Shown piece after piece: positions 28,571 through 41,370 of a stretch of DNA of 64,000 bases. The translations under genes were made by a program, and so were the position numbers. The notes below the pieces were generated by a model, which did not search any database, had not been told where the DNA came from, and saw only the letters and a program-made list of their open reading frames with translations. The stretch's first letter is position 1. Every line of letters begins with the position of its first letter. Location: assembly GCA_046563655.1 (NCBI GenBank), contig CM102287.1, positions 10,478,001-10,542,000 on the forward strand, given 5' to 3'. The stretch is from Yuukianura sp. NJ FZ-2021 (taxonomy: Eukaryota).

Positions 28571-31500
28571 ATGAACAAAGTAAGTTTAATTAATTATTTG
28601 GTTAACAATTAACTAAATTAATTATTGTTAATTTGTACTTGCTTGGAAAGGACGGAGAGGGGACGTAATTGTAATAATGTAGCCTAATAATGTGGATTAA
28701 TTAGTTGATTATTCTTGTGATTTAATGAGGTCATTCACACTGAATCTGGACTCCAGCACAACCATCTGCTCATCCAAATTTATGCTCTCACCCTGTGTCA
28801 TGTACTGGACTACAGGAACAGAAGAAGGAAGACCAAATCCACTGGTCACACCGATTGTGAAGGATGCAGTACAACAGTAACCTTTCGGGATGGTCACTGT
28901 CCCTCATTGCCACGGTATTCCACCTACCAACTTTCCAAGACAAGTCTAATTTACTAATGAGGATACTTTGTGCTTAGGTATTGGCTTCACTGACAACATT
29001 CCTCCAGAGTTGGGGCACTTACGACAAGCTCACGGACAATGTGGCTCTGCTCTTCGATTCCGCTGGAGAGGACTTTGACTTTATTATTAGTAAAGGATCT
29101 TAACTTAATTGACAAAAAAGTTCAGGCATTAAGTAATACTAATTTTGATTTTCAAACTTTTAGTTGGGGCAGGATCCGCGGGGGGAGTACTGGCTTATCG
29201 ACTGTCACTCAACCACAAAGTTCTGTTGCTGGAAGCTGGAGGTGGACTCAATCCCATGCAGTCAATTCCCGCAATGTCACTCCTCCTACTCAGTAAAATT
29301 CCATTAACGAATTACAAACTTTGGAACTTCGTTTAACCCTTGCCAATTGATCAGATTACAAGCAGATAGACTGGAAGCATAAGACGGTTCCACAGACTCA
29401 CTGTTGCTACGCTCTTCCAAACAATGTGAGTTACTTGAAAATGAGAGACAAAACGTAAAAATAATTGAATTTTGTGAAACAGGAGAGTCACTGGAGTCAG
29501 GGACTGGGACTCGGTGGGACAAGCAACCTCAACTTCCTCATCCAGTCACGCGGAAACCCTCGAGACTTTGACAACTGGGCAAAAGTGGTGGGAGACAAGC
29601 AGTGGAGCTATGAAGAACTGCTGCCCTACTTCAAAGTGTCCGAAGACTACCATGGGCCCTGGGATTCTGGTAACAAACACATTTCAGCATTTCTACCATT
29701 GGATACTTCTACTTTCTTGTGTTAATTTAGCAAAAACAAAGGGGAAGAGAGGACCAATGCCGATTACAATTCCGGAATATACTGGAATGGCGGATGAGTA
29801 TGTGGCAGCAGCTGGAGAACTAGGCTACCCTCGGCAGGATCTCAATGGCTACTACACTCAAGGCAAGTGGAATAAATGGAACTAACATTTGGAGAAAAGC
29901 GTCAATTGTTGTGTTTTTAGGATTCGACACAATCTTCTATCCGATCAAACATGGACGGAGATTCGGTGTTCATTCTTCCTTTATCGAACCAGCTCTTGCC
30001 CATCCTTTGCTCACCGTCCGCAAGTACGCATACGTCAAGAGAATTTTGATCAACGAGCGGAAAAGGGCGTATGGAGTGGAGTACGACCACCACGGTCGTC
30101 CGCTAACTGCTCTCGCCACCAAAGAAGTCATCCTCTCTGCAGGCACCATGAATTCACCCAAAATACTCATGCTGTCTGGAGTGGGGCCAAGAAATCAACT
30201 GCGCCACTTTGGGGTAACAACTAAAACTGAATAAGTGAAATAACTTCACATCAGAATGATTGACAGCTTTTCATTTTGAATTTTGAACAATTAAACGCAA
30301 TTTCTTTTTGTGTTTTTAGATTCCTGTAAAGAAGGACTTGCCAGTTGGAGAAAATCTACAAGATCATGTGAGCTAACTGAACAAGGAAAAGGAGATGAAC
30401 TTTGACTAATTTGTGACTGTGTGTTATAGATCTCGACGTACTTGGGTCCGTTCTTCATCAACAAATCTTCCTCTTTTTCCATCGAACGAGACGTGAGTGT
30501 CCCCACTGTGGCTGACTACTTTGCCACTGGAAGGGGTGTGCTCACTACTTCTGGAACTCAAGCGATGGGCTTCTTCTCTTCTTCGCTCGCCAAAAAAAGA
30601 GGAGAAAGGGACTGGCCAGACATTCAGGGTAAACTTAAGGAAAACCATCAACCAAATTTCCAATTAACGCCATTTTGTGTCTCTTTCAGTCATTTTGGCG
30701 GGGGTTACACTTGGAGTGAGATTTGCAGAAGAGATTGCACGAGGATTTGGACCTAAACGAGATGTGATGAGAGACTACTTCACACACGCCGAAGGAAGAG
30801 GTACCACATTACTTTATATTTGAGTCAATGGAATAGGAAACTAACTATACTGGATTTTTAGAAACGTTTTTGCAGATCGTGTCGCTGGGAAGGCCGCAAG
30901 CTGTGGGGAGAATCGAACTGGGAAGCACGGACCCTTATGCCCCTGCAGTCATTGACCCCAACTACCTCTCCAATCCACATGACATTCAAGTCCTTGTGGA
31001 GGGAATGCAGAAAGCAGTGGCTCTCATCGAGGAAACAAAAGCATTCAGGAAATTCAATGGATCCTTCACCAACGTCCCTTTCCCTGGCTGCGAAAACGAA
31101 GTGTTCAAGTCCTTTGCCTACTTCGAATGCTACGCTCGTCACCTCTCCCTCACACTCCATCACATCGTTGGAAGTTGCTCTCTTGGATCAGTCGTCGATA
31201 CGAACTTGAAGGTCAAGGGGATTCGGGGACTCAGAGTCATCGACGCTTCAGTTATGCCCGTCGTTCCAGTCGGTAAATCAACAAACAACTCTAAAGTTTT
31301 TACTCAAAGTCTTCTAAGTTTGAAATGAATTAAATATTGTAGGGAACACGAACAGCCCCACCATCATGATTGCAGAGAAAGGAGCTCATCTGATCTTGAG
31401 AGAGTGGTACAAACCTCCACCCCCAACACCATCACCAACCACAACGCAACCCACCACGACAACCTCAACAACGACTGTCCCACCAACCACTCCCACAACT

Positions 31501-31575
31501 TCCAAAACAACTTCCACAACAGAAGAAGAATCGGAAGAGGAGGAAGAAGAAGAGGAATTCCCACGCAGAGTTTAA
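28571..31575 (+). CDS. Glucose-methanol-choline (GMC) oxidoreductase, glucose dehydrogenase-like, with a Thr/Pro-rich and acidic C-terminal tail
   Basis: FDFII|IGAGSAGGVLAYRLS, GLGLGGTSNLN, KEVILSAGTMNSPKILMLSGVGP, VGENLQDH, LHHIVGSC, LRVIDASVMP, GNTNSPTIMIAEK. First micro-exon ATGAACAAA|GTAAGT. Confidence 0.94.
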
Positions 31576-31814
31576 TCACTTTCTTTGTGCCACTTTCACT
31601 TAATGATTAGGAAAAGTAGACAAATCCATTCTACACTTGGACTATTTTATGAACCTTGGTCTAGCAATCATCAAAAGTACTTGGAAATACTGTTCAAACC
31701 CTCCTCTATTTCACTACAACTCCAATAAAATACGCAGTATTTTTAAATAACTCACAAATTCTCTTCTTTTCAGAACAACTCCTCGGATATGAATTTAAAA
31801 AAAAAATATTTCAG

Positions 31815-32150
31815 TTTTCGAAAAAAAATATTTCAATTTCCAAATTTATCTCGGAAAGCGATAGAGAGGTAAACTCTTCGCTCCTAAATTCATAAAAATA
31901 TATAGCATTTTTAGAAATTTTGAAATGGTACCCTCAGATTTTCACTAAATTTTGGAAGAAAAAACACCATGGACTATAGTCCATGGTTTTTTGTACAAAA
32001 TTTAGAGAAAAACTGCTTGATTATGGACTTTTTAAAATTTCTAAAAATTCTTCATATTGTTTAAAAAATTTGCGCGAAGAGATTATGCCTCTATCACTTT
32101 GTAATTCCGAGATATGAATTTTCAAAAATAAAAATTTAATTTTTGAAAAT
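31815..32150. mobile_element. AT-rich foldback element (MITE-like)
   Basis: Perfect central palindrome ACCATGGACTATAGTCCATGGT (31966-31987); matching arms TATCTCGGAA..GATAGAG..CTCTTCGC / GCGAAGAG..CTCTATC..TTCCGAGATA. Ends approximate. Confidence 0.7.
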
Positions 32151-32427
32151 TTTTATTTTAATTTTCAAATTTTGATTTCACTTTTTGACCTCTGACCTTT
32201 CTACTTGTATGTAAATATTTGTGATGAAATTAGATAAGATGAGTGGAATGTAGGTGTGAGGATGGAATAGTAGAGTGTGGTAGGTCATGTTGGGACTTTC
32301 TGTGACGCACTTTCTCTTGCTCTACTTTCACTCACATCGATCTCAACCAACACCCAACTCCATTCCCTCCACTTTCACTTTTATTTTCACTTTGGACAAA
32401 CACTGCTTAGTGAAGGAGTGGCAGATC

Positions 32428-35233
32428 ATGAACCCCTACGGCAGCACAACCACTGGAGGGTACACGGGGGCCCTTGAGGAGGAGGACCCTTCGTCCTACC
32501 CTCAGATTGACCTGGACAAGTACCCTCCGCCCAAGGACTCCACTCGCAAAATCAGAGGGAAGTCAGAACTACTGGAGACTTTGGTGGGGGGCCTGGAACC
32601 AGAGCTAGTCGTGGCCAAGGGCTTCTACTTTTCTTCTACGCAGCATTCGGCAGTCTCTTCCCTCTCCTCGGAGTGTACTTTAAGCAGTTGGGGCTCAATG
32701 GGGCACAGGCAGGGATCCTCTCAGGCATCAGACCACTCATCGAGTTCATCTCTGCCCCTCTCCTCATCGAAATTGCTCAAAGGTAAGGCCATGACCTTTG
32801 ACCTTTGACCTCTGACCTCTGATTTGTTCAATTGCAGGAGGAACAAGACGAGGGCACTCATGTTCTTCTCCCTTTTCTGCTGGATTGGGCTAACTTTCCC
32901 TCTGGGCTCAGTCCAGCCTGAACCAGTCGCCTGTCTCTCCTCCAACAAGACGCATCTCATCCTAAGTCCCCCCGAAGGCTCAGACACGCAATACAGAAGG
33001 AAAAGAGAGGTACTGGAAGAAGTGGAATTTGAAGTGGAGGATGCTGGAATTGACCCCCTTCTTCCTCCGGAAGAGGGGGACTTCCCAGTACTCAGAAGAC
33101 AGAAGCGGAAGATCCCGAAGGAACCGAAGGGAGTGACCCCTTACAAAATCAACTCTCTCTACATTGGCTATGATGCTGACAAGATGTCCAACTGGGTCAG
33201 CCCCACTTTCTCCAATCTCGTCTTCAAGAAGGACGACGTGGGCAAGGCAAGTACAGAAAACCTTAAAAAAGCTGCAACGCTTTCACCGGAAGTTGATTTT
33301 TAAATCGTGGTTTCACAGGCAGCAAAACTCACAGTTCAAAAATACTAGCTGAAGCTCAAGCTGGCTCGTAGATCCTGCAAATACTTTTACTTTTTGAACT
33401 TTAATTAACTATTGGCAGTGAAAGCACGATTTAAAAATGAGCTTCTGCTAAAAGCGTTGCATCTTTTTTATGGCTCACTGAATTACATTCAACTCTTTAC
33501 TTTCTATTCCTGTTGATTCCTGTTGTAGGTGTTTTTCCTGTTGCTGTTGCTCGTGGTGCTGGGTGAGGCTGCTGCTTCTCCAGCCATCGTTCTGCTGGAC
33601 ACTCGTGTGCTGGACTACTTGGGGGATGCTGCTGCAGAGAGATATGGTCACCAACGCATGTTCGGATCTCTTGGCTGGGCCATCTCCATGTTCTTCGTCG
33701 GCATTGCTCTCGACCAGTCCAAGTTCCCAGTCAAAAAGTGCGAACTCGCTCTCGTAAGTTCAGTCCAGCAGTTTCCATCCCTTCATCATTTACATTTCTC
33801 CATGAATTTTTGGATTCCAGGAGAAAAACTACACCGTGTGCTTCGCCATCTTCGTCGTTCTCATGTCGCTCGCTACAATCGTAAGAAAATTCACGTGTCA
33901 CAATCAACTTTACTTCATCTAACTTCTATTCCACTTTCAAAACTTTTTTTGTCAAGTAAGATGTTTAGCCAATTTTGAGGTTGTGATTGTTTGTAGATGG
34001 CGTGGAAACTGGGGGAGTACACTGGCGTGGGGCTGCGTGGGGGTGACTTGGAGATGGTGGACAAAGAACCCACTCCAGTCCCAGCCCTTCAAGTGTCCAC
34101 GTCCATCGAACACACGGACAAAGAAAGTGGACTACCCCACTCAACCGTCTTCTCTCAAGCAAATCGCTCCAAAATCAGCGAATGGTGGAACTCTGTCAAG
34201 CATTTCAAGACGCCCACTTGCATCGGATTCCTCGTCGTCGCCTGGCTCATGGGCATCGGCATTGGTCTCATCTTCACCTTCCTCTTCTGGCACCTTCAGG
34301 CATCTTCTCTAAAATTACAACAAACTGTTTCTAAGAAATTCATCCGAATGTTGGTTTTAGGAATTCGGAGGGAGCCCCACCCTCTTCGGTCTCGCCTCGG
34401 TCATCAACCACATCTCTGAGATTTTCGCCTACTTTTTCTCATCCTCCTTCATCTGTGCCCTGGGTCATGTCAAGGTACTCTGCCTCGGACTGCTTCTCAA
34501 CGTCCTCAGATTCCTCTACATCTCCATCCTCACGAATCCCTGGTGGGTCCTCCCCTTTGAGTTTGTCCAAGGTAAAAGTAAAAAGTGAAACACTTTGGAA
34601 AGTTCATTCTAACTGCTTTTGAATTTTGATTGGAGGGTTGACACATGCTGCAGTGTGGGCTGCTTGTTCCTCCTACTTGTCCCACAACACTCCGCCTGAA
34701 CTGCGCCAAGCATCTCAAGGTCTCTTGCATTTCCTGCACCATGGACTGGGTCGTGGGTTTGGGGCAATCGTGGGAGGGTTGTTTGTGTCCATGTATGGGA
34801 CAGTAACGACGTTCCGCCTGTACGCAGGGCTCTGTGCCCTTGCTCTCGCCATGTTCATCTTCCTCAACTTCTATCGCAAGGAAAGTGGAGGCTTCATCAG
34901 AGATCTCCCACAAGAAATCGATCCGCACAACCTCGCAGAGGAAACTGGCTGTCTCGCTCCTCACGGCGTCCCGGGTAACTCCAACATTCAAATACTCTCC
35001 GAATACTTCCGATTTCTACAACTAACCAACTTCTGTTTTCAGGGGGATCCAGCGGCATGCAGCGAGTGGGCAGGTCAGAATCCTAACAAATCACTTTCCA
35101 AAAAAGGTTAGCGTAATAATTGTTGAATTGTGTAAATTTTAGCAATGTGCGGCTGGAGGATCATGGCGTGAGTGGCGGTGGGTTCAACCCCTTCAACCAG
35201 CAGGACCAGAGTGAAGAGTACTTTGGTCGCTAG
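32428..35233 (+). CDS. MFSD6: MFS transporter MFSD6-like (jet fuel-like); apparent 1-nt deletion at 32629-32632 in this sequence
   Basis: After frame correction: [24 protein letters not shown]; later [74 protein letters not shown]; stop TAG 35231-35233. Confidence 0.9.
33254..33480. mobile_element. MITE, second copy of the 3331-3569 family, in MFSD6 intron
   Basis: TA|CAGAAAACCTTAAAAAAGCTGCAACGCTTTCACCGGAAGTTGATTTTTAAATCGTGGTTTCA...GTGAAAGCACGATTT...TTTTTATGGCTCACTG. Confidence 0.85.
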
Positions 35234-35380
35234 ACGCTGCATATCAAAGTAGTCTCTTTAGTCTCTTTGTTTCTACGTTTATTTCCCATTTGTACAAGAG
35301 TAGACGTGTCTAAATAGTTCCAAGTTATTTATAAAATCCAGAGTAGAAGCTCATAAATAGTTCCTGTCCTTTGGCAGAGG

Positions 35381-38133
35381 TCACTCCTTGGGTCGCTTGA
35401 GTTGGACTTTTAATCTCTTCATGCCGATCTGGAACCCATTCATGGTGGAGATGGCCATTTGGGCAGAGGAGGGGTTGTCGTAGGAGATGAACCCTGCAAA
35501 GACACACAATGAGACCAAGGTCAGGGGGACTTAAGGGCGGGGGTTACCGAAGCATTTGGACTGGTTGGTTGATCTGTCGATGAAGACTTTGGAGGAGAGG
35601 ATGAGTCCGAAGGGGGAGAAGAGGTTCATGAGCTCCATGTCACCAAACTCCTGTGGCAAGTGATAGATGAACAGATTGGATCCCTCAGGACCAGACAGAG
35701 GCCCACTCCCCAACCCACCTTCGTCCCACCACAGATCAAAAGGAAAGAAAAGAGAAAGTTAGTGAAAGTTTGAAAGGAAACACCCACCAGAAGAGTAAAA
35801 GTCCCACCCACCTTTGACCTCTCTTTTACTAATTTAGGGATTCTGTTATCAAGGAAATTGTTAGACGTTTCTGCACTAAATAAAACAATTCTTTCCAACT
35901 GAAATTCCTGCTGGAGCATCACCCCCAGCCCCCTTATTAATCCTTCAAATTTTTTACTTATGATTTTTTTCACTCAAACTCTCCAACAAGTTTGACCCCG
36001 CATGCAAAATTAAAAATATTAGGCATGATAAAAATGGAGAAAGTACATAAGGTGAAACATTTTAAATTTTATCTAGCGTCGAAACTAACAAGCAGATTTT
36101 ACAATTTCTTTCAGCAAAAATTTTTAAAATTTCAAAGGTACCATTTGGTAAAATAAAATTCAAAATTCAAATTCAAACTTATTAGTACAGCCAGGTTTTA
36201 AATAGGGTAACATTTTCACCGGAAGTTGATTTTAAAATTTCCATTAATTTCCCACTCTACAACACTAACTAGTTTTAGAAATGATGTTAGATTTAGCAAT
36301 CCACTTCCGGTGAAATCACCCTATTTAAAAACCTGGCTGTATTCCATTTATCTTTACCGGTGATTTTTTTTCGACTCAAACTTTAAAATATTAAGTTCGA
36401 CGACACATCAAAAACTAAAAATATCAGACAAGATGAAAATGGAGAAAGTACAAGACGTGAGATATTTTAAATTTTATGTGGCATCGAAACTAATAAAAAA
36501 AACTTTTACAATTTTTTCCAGCGAAAAATTTAAAAATTTCAATATTGCAGCGATTTCGCTGCCTCAATCGCTCGTTCCAAATGCAGAACAGTATTTCACG
36601 TGAATTAGGAATAAGAGTAACAGTGTTTTTTAGAAAACGTTTTCCAGTAGACGGTTTTCCAGTTTTGCGAATCGATAATTTGTTTTTTGTGTGCAGAAAC
36701 GCGTAACAATTTGTTGTTAAGTTGGAAAGTGACTGACCTGAGTGTGGTTGTGGTATGTCCATGATGTTGGTGGGGAAAGTGTAAGTTGAGTCGAAGAGAG
36801 GATATGGTGGCGGTGGTGGGTCGTTGATGTAGAGCAACTCCTGCCCCGCCATGAGTGAGTTGGGTCCCTGTCCAAAGAGAGTTGTTTCTGCCCCACCGAA
36901 CAAATGCCCACCGAGATTCCCGGTGGGAGTCACCACTCCTCCGGGTGTCGTCGGAGTGAGTGACGACGATGAAGAAGGTGACGGAGAAGCAGTCGTCGCT
37001 GCTGCCAGAAGCGCCTGTCACAAAAAATTAAAAATCACCATTAAGGAATTGCACTTTTGTTGATAAGTTAAATTGTGAGTGGAGTGTACCTGTTGCTGAA
37101 AGTAGAGGTAGTGGTGGGTCTGTTGCTGGTGGGACAGGATGTTCATGTGGGAGTGCTGGAAGTGGGGCTGGAAGTAGATGAGTGGGTGGGTGAAAGTGTT
37201 GATGGAGTTGGCCATTTGTTGGATTCTCCTCAGCTGCCGCTCTTTCTCCGTGTCTGCGAATTTGACCACGAGAGAAGAACTGGCTCCCTAAAAAGAGAAA
37301 AGTGAAATATAAACTGAGACTAAAGTAAGATTAGAGGTACCTACAGGCATGGTGGTGGAGCCATGGAGGGCGTTGATGGCGGAAACTGCTTCCTCCTGAC
37401 TGGAGAACTTGATGAAAGCACATCCTAAGGAAGAAGGACAAGTGAAAGTGGAGAAAGTGAGGCTAAGTGGTTAGACTGACCTTTGGAGATGCCGTCGTTG
37501 CCCCTGAGGACGGTGCACTCCTCGATCCGTCCATGACTGCCAAAGAGGAGTCTCAGGTCATCCTCCGTCTGCGTCTTGGACAACATGCCCACAAACAGCT
37601 TCCTCTCCTCTGGAATTGAGAGAAAGGAAAGTGAGTAACAGGTCTCCCACTGCCCCGTGCAACAGGTCACTCTCAAATATTTAAACAAGGGGACTTACCC
37701 CCTCGACTGCCGCCGTCTCTGGCATTGTTGTCTGCTGGCTTGACTTGGAGTGGACGGTTCATCTGTAAGGACAGAAGAGAGGACTTTGAGCCTTGAAGGG
37801 CCCTGATTCAACAGGCAGAGAAGGAGAGAAGAGAGTGTGCCTGGATCGATAGAGGAGAAAGTCACTTACGCCTCCCAGGAGCACTCTGTTGTGCAACTGC
37901 TTCTGGGCTTCTGTGCTGGAGAGTGCAGAAGCGTAAGTGAGGAAGGCACAGCCCTTGTGCACTCCACTCACCTTGTCCTTCAACACACTCAGCTCCACGA
38001 TCCGCCCAAACTGCTCGAACAGGGGGCGGAGGTGGGTCTCCGTCAAGTTCCGTGGGATCTGCCCCACGAACAGCTTCACCACTTCATCCCCCTTGGCCCC
38101 ACGACGACACTGGGAACTGTCGGTAGTGGACAT
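35381..38133 (-). CDS. CELF/Bruno-family triple-RRM protein (CELF3-6 / bru3-like)
   Basis: RRM1 [11 protein letters not shown]...[12 protein letters not shown]2 [29 protein letters not shown]3 [18 protein letters not shown]...[18 protein letters not shown]. Confidence 0.93.
36006..36542. repeat. Pair of diverged ~130 bp direct repeats (36006-36136 and 36411-36542) flanking the MITE
   Basis: AAAATGGAGAAAGTACA..G.TGA.A.ATTTTAAATTTTAT...TCGAAACTAA...TTTTACAATTT occurs in both. Confidence 0.75.
36188..36339. mobile_element. MITE, TA-flanked, CAGCCAGG termini, in CELF intron
   Basis: TA|CAGCCAGGTTTTAAATAGGGT...TTTCACCGGAAGT...ACTTCCGGTGAAA...ACCCTATTTAAAAACCTGGCTG|TA. Confidence 0.85.
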
Positions 38134-38483
38134 TTCCAGGGCAGGAGAGAGACTAAAAGAGGAGAAAGCATCCCCCTCCCTTCATGGACCCTTCGCAAAA
38201 GAGGGTGCAAAAAGTGACATGCGCAACTCATCTTTCCACCCCTCCACACAAAAACACTCTTGTTCTTATTCAACTTTTCAAATTGAACTGTTGTACTTTT
38301 TAAATTGTAATATGTATTTTTTAAAAATAACCTTTGACCTCCACTTATTATTTCTAGTTGTGACAATAAAGGCTAAAAGTGAAAGAATATTTCCAATTGG
38401 TTCCTTAGAAAGAGAGGGTGAAAGAGGGAGAAAGTGTTGGGAATAATTTATTTAGAAAAGCGTTGGTTTGTAGAGGGGACTGT

Positions 38484-39834
38484 TCAGATGGGCAACTGAG
38501 GGTTCGTTGATCTCACGTACTTGAGCAGCTCATCCGAGTCTAAAAAATGAACAATGTTAATTCCACTTTGAATTGAAACACTAAAAGTGAAATTAATTGA
38601 CCTTCGCAGAAGAACATTTTTGGGTGGTAGCAGGCGACGTCGTGCCAGTGGATCCCATCTTTGTACACGTTGTTGAGCATGGCAAGACAACTCTCTGGAG
38701 TTCCGTTGATGTCCACTTCTGCGTTGTCCGGTTGCGGTCTTCCGCTGTTTCCAGACGCAGACCAAGGTTGTTCCTCCCACCCGCGCGGGGTGGAGTTCGT
38801 GGGGGCCATCTTAGTCCCAGATCCAGACCAGAACCACCCATTCACGTTGATTGGCTGCAAATCAGCTCGAGTCGAACAACCTTCAACCAAAATTAACACT
38901 TTCAACTACTTTCTTCTTAAACATTGACAAATGGTAACAAATTGCAAATGTTGGGCTGACCTTTGAAGTCGCAGAGACGTCCACTGGTCCAAATGTACTT
39001 GATGTGGTGGGTGCCAACGAGATCCTATTCAAAAAAGAAGAGTAGAAATAGTGGGAAGTGACTGATTTGGATGTGTTACCTTGATGAGTTTGTGTTCATC
39101 TTCTGTTTCCATGGAGACAGTGTCCATGCAGTACTGGCGACAAAGGTTCCTGGCTTCCAGCCAATCCACTTCCATTCCGCGGTAGATCGAGATGTTCCCA
39201 GAGAAGACGTACCAGTGACCTTCGTAGAAAAACTCCTTCGGCCGCTTCGCACATTTCACTAAAAAACGATTTAAAAAATTTCAAATTTCTTTGATGCCAT
39301 TTAAAGAATTTAATTTATCAACTTTGGGGTTTCTCAAGTAAAAACCATAGAAGAAATTGTGAAATTTGTAGGCGTTGTTTAAATTGAGAAACATTTCTAA
39401 AATAAAAAGAGGATTGTAAAAGATTCTAAAGAGAATGAAATGTTATTTTAGGATGAGTTTGTGAATGTAGATTTTAATTAGCGGAGGGTGCTAATGATGG
39501 GAGAAAGCGTTGCTTAAGGAGTGTGAGATTGCGCAGTTGGAATTAAGATGTTGGGAAAGTGTAAGTGACAGAGGGGTGACATGAGATGACATTTGGTGGA
39601 TGACAGTTTGTTGAGAAACGACTTGAATTGGGACGAGAGATTGCGCAAGAGTGTGCCAACAGAAGCATCTTCACTCCCCTTGGGGCTCAAGGCCCTTGGC
39701 AACTCAAGAGAATTTGAAAGAATTGAATTGAATGACTTACGGGGATCCGGCAGAGCGAGGAAGCGAGGCTCATCTTCTGCTGCGCTGGAAACAGCGATGA
39801 AGAGAGCGACGAAGGTGAGAAGCAGAAGGTTCAT
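38484..39834 (-). CDS. Secreted C-type-lectin-like protein (arthropod Clect27/CG6055-type family), paralogue 1
   Basis: Signal peptide MNLLLLTFVALFIAVSSAA, LALPDPR|KCAKR, VDWLEARNLCRQYCMDTVSMET, YIWTSGRLCDFKGC, GWFWSGSG, PQPDNAE, WHDVACYH...CEDSDELLKYV. Confidence 0.9.
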
Positions 39835-40199
39835 GTTGCCTTGGCGACTAATTTCTGAAGAAGTTGGATTGAAGTGTTGGAGAGATGGGAGTGTTGTGGT
39901 TGAGTGGCGACAGGCAGACAGCGACTGACCACTCAGCCCCCCCTTCCCTTTTTATTTGAGATCCAACATCTCACGATCCAAGATGGACACCTCCTCTCCT
40001 AACTACCCACATCATAGGAACTAGTGATGAATTGGCACAAGAGGAATGTGGCCATAATTGGTGGAAAGAGGAAGTTCCAGCAAGGAAGTGACCTCAAGTG
40101 ACCAGTGACCTCTCCACCCACAGATTAGTTCTCCACTCCCACTTTATTTCTACTTCCGCTACTTGTGACTCATTAAATAAAATATAAATATAGAGGAAT

Positions 40200-41370
40200 C
40201 TACACACGGGCTCCAGGGTTGCGCGACCTCACAAAGTTCATCAGTTCATCCGAGTCCTCGCAGACGAAGGGCTTCAAGTGGTGACAAGCCACATCGTGCC
40301 ACTTGATTCCGTCGTTGTAGAAGTTGTTCAGGATGGACAGACACGCCTCGTCATTACCCTAACACACAAACGCAGTCAGTGGAAGTACAATTTGAAGTCA
40401 AAATGAATTTTACCTGCGCAATCTCCCTGTTGTCTGGCTGTGCTCGTCCGAATCCTCCCGTGTGCGACCAGTCTCCGTTGGCTCTGTTGTTTGTTGGACC
40501 AATTCTAGCTCCAGACCCAGACCAAAACCAGCCGTTTACCAAATTGGGCTGAAGATCTGGTCGATTGCACCCGCCAAAGTTACACTTTCTGCCGCTCGTC
40601 CAAATGTAGCGAACTCTGCCTCGAGCCAGGCGCTGCTTCACGAAATCGTTTTCTGCTGGCGTCTCAATGCTCACTGCGTCCATGCAGTGACGACGACAAA
40701 TGTTCCGAGCATCTAAACATTCAAAATTTGGTTAAAAAAGAAAGAGGGGGACTTAAAGTACTCACCTAGCCAATCCACCTCCAGATTCCTTGTGGGTCCA
40801 TGTTCCCACGAGAAAAAGTAGTTGTGGACCACCCCCCGGGGGTCTCTCCAACTCGCATGCCGCACACCTATACAAAGTGAAACTTACAAGTGGCACAAAG
40901 GAGAGTTCCTAAAAATAAACCACTTTCCCTTTCAATTAGCAAAGAGTGACTTTGCTAATTCTTCAGAATTGGGAAGGAGATTAGACAATCTAATTGGCAC
41001 GACCTCAATTCCGCACTCTTCCTTTCAAAACAGGAATTGAAAGAGGAATTGAAGAGGGAAAGTGCAAGAGCCTTTCACTCTCAATCAAACCACCTTTCAC
41101 TTCCAATGAAAAATGAGACAAAGTGGACATTTTTGTTGTTTTTGGTGACTGATTGTCGTAATGGTTGTTTCGTTAGAGCAAGTGTTGGTGTAACTGAGAT
41201 TGCACCAAGAGTGGTCCACTTGAGCAGTGGCCAAGAAGGAGTGAATATAGTTGCTTACGGTTGGTGCATGACCTTGGGTCAGGCAGCGCCAGTTGCCTCT
41301 GTGCTTGGCAGGACAGTGTCCAGAGACCCAGGACGAGGAGACACAGTTGGACAGACACTTGGAGGAACAT
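40200..41370 (-). CDS. Secreted C-type-lectin-like protein (same family), paralogue 2
   Basis: MFLQVSVQLCLLVLGLWTLSCQA, LALPDPRSCTNR, HNYFFSWE, VDWL|DARNICRRHCMDAVSIET, YIWTSGRKCNFGGC, AQPDNRE, NNFYNDGIKWHDVACHH; TATAAAA on the minus strand near 41440. Confidence 0.92.
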
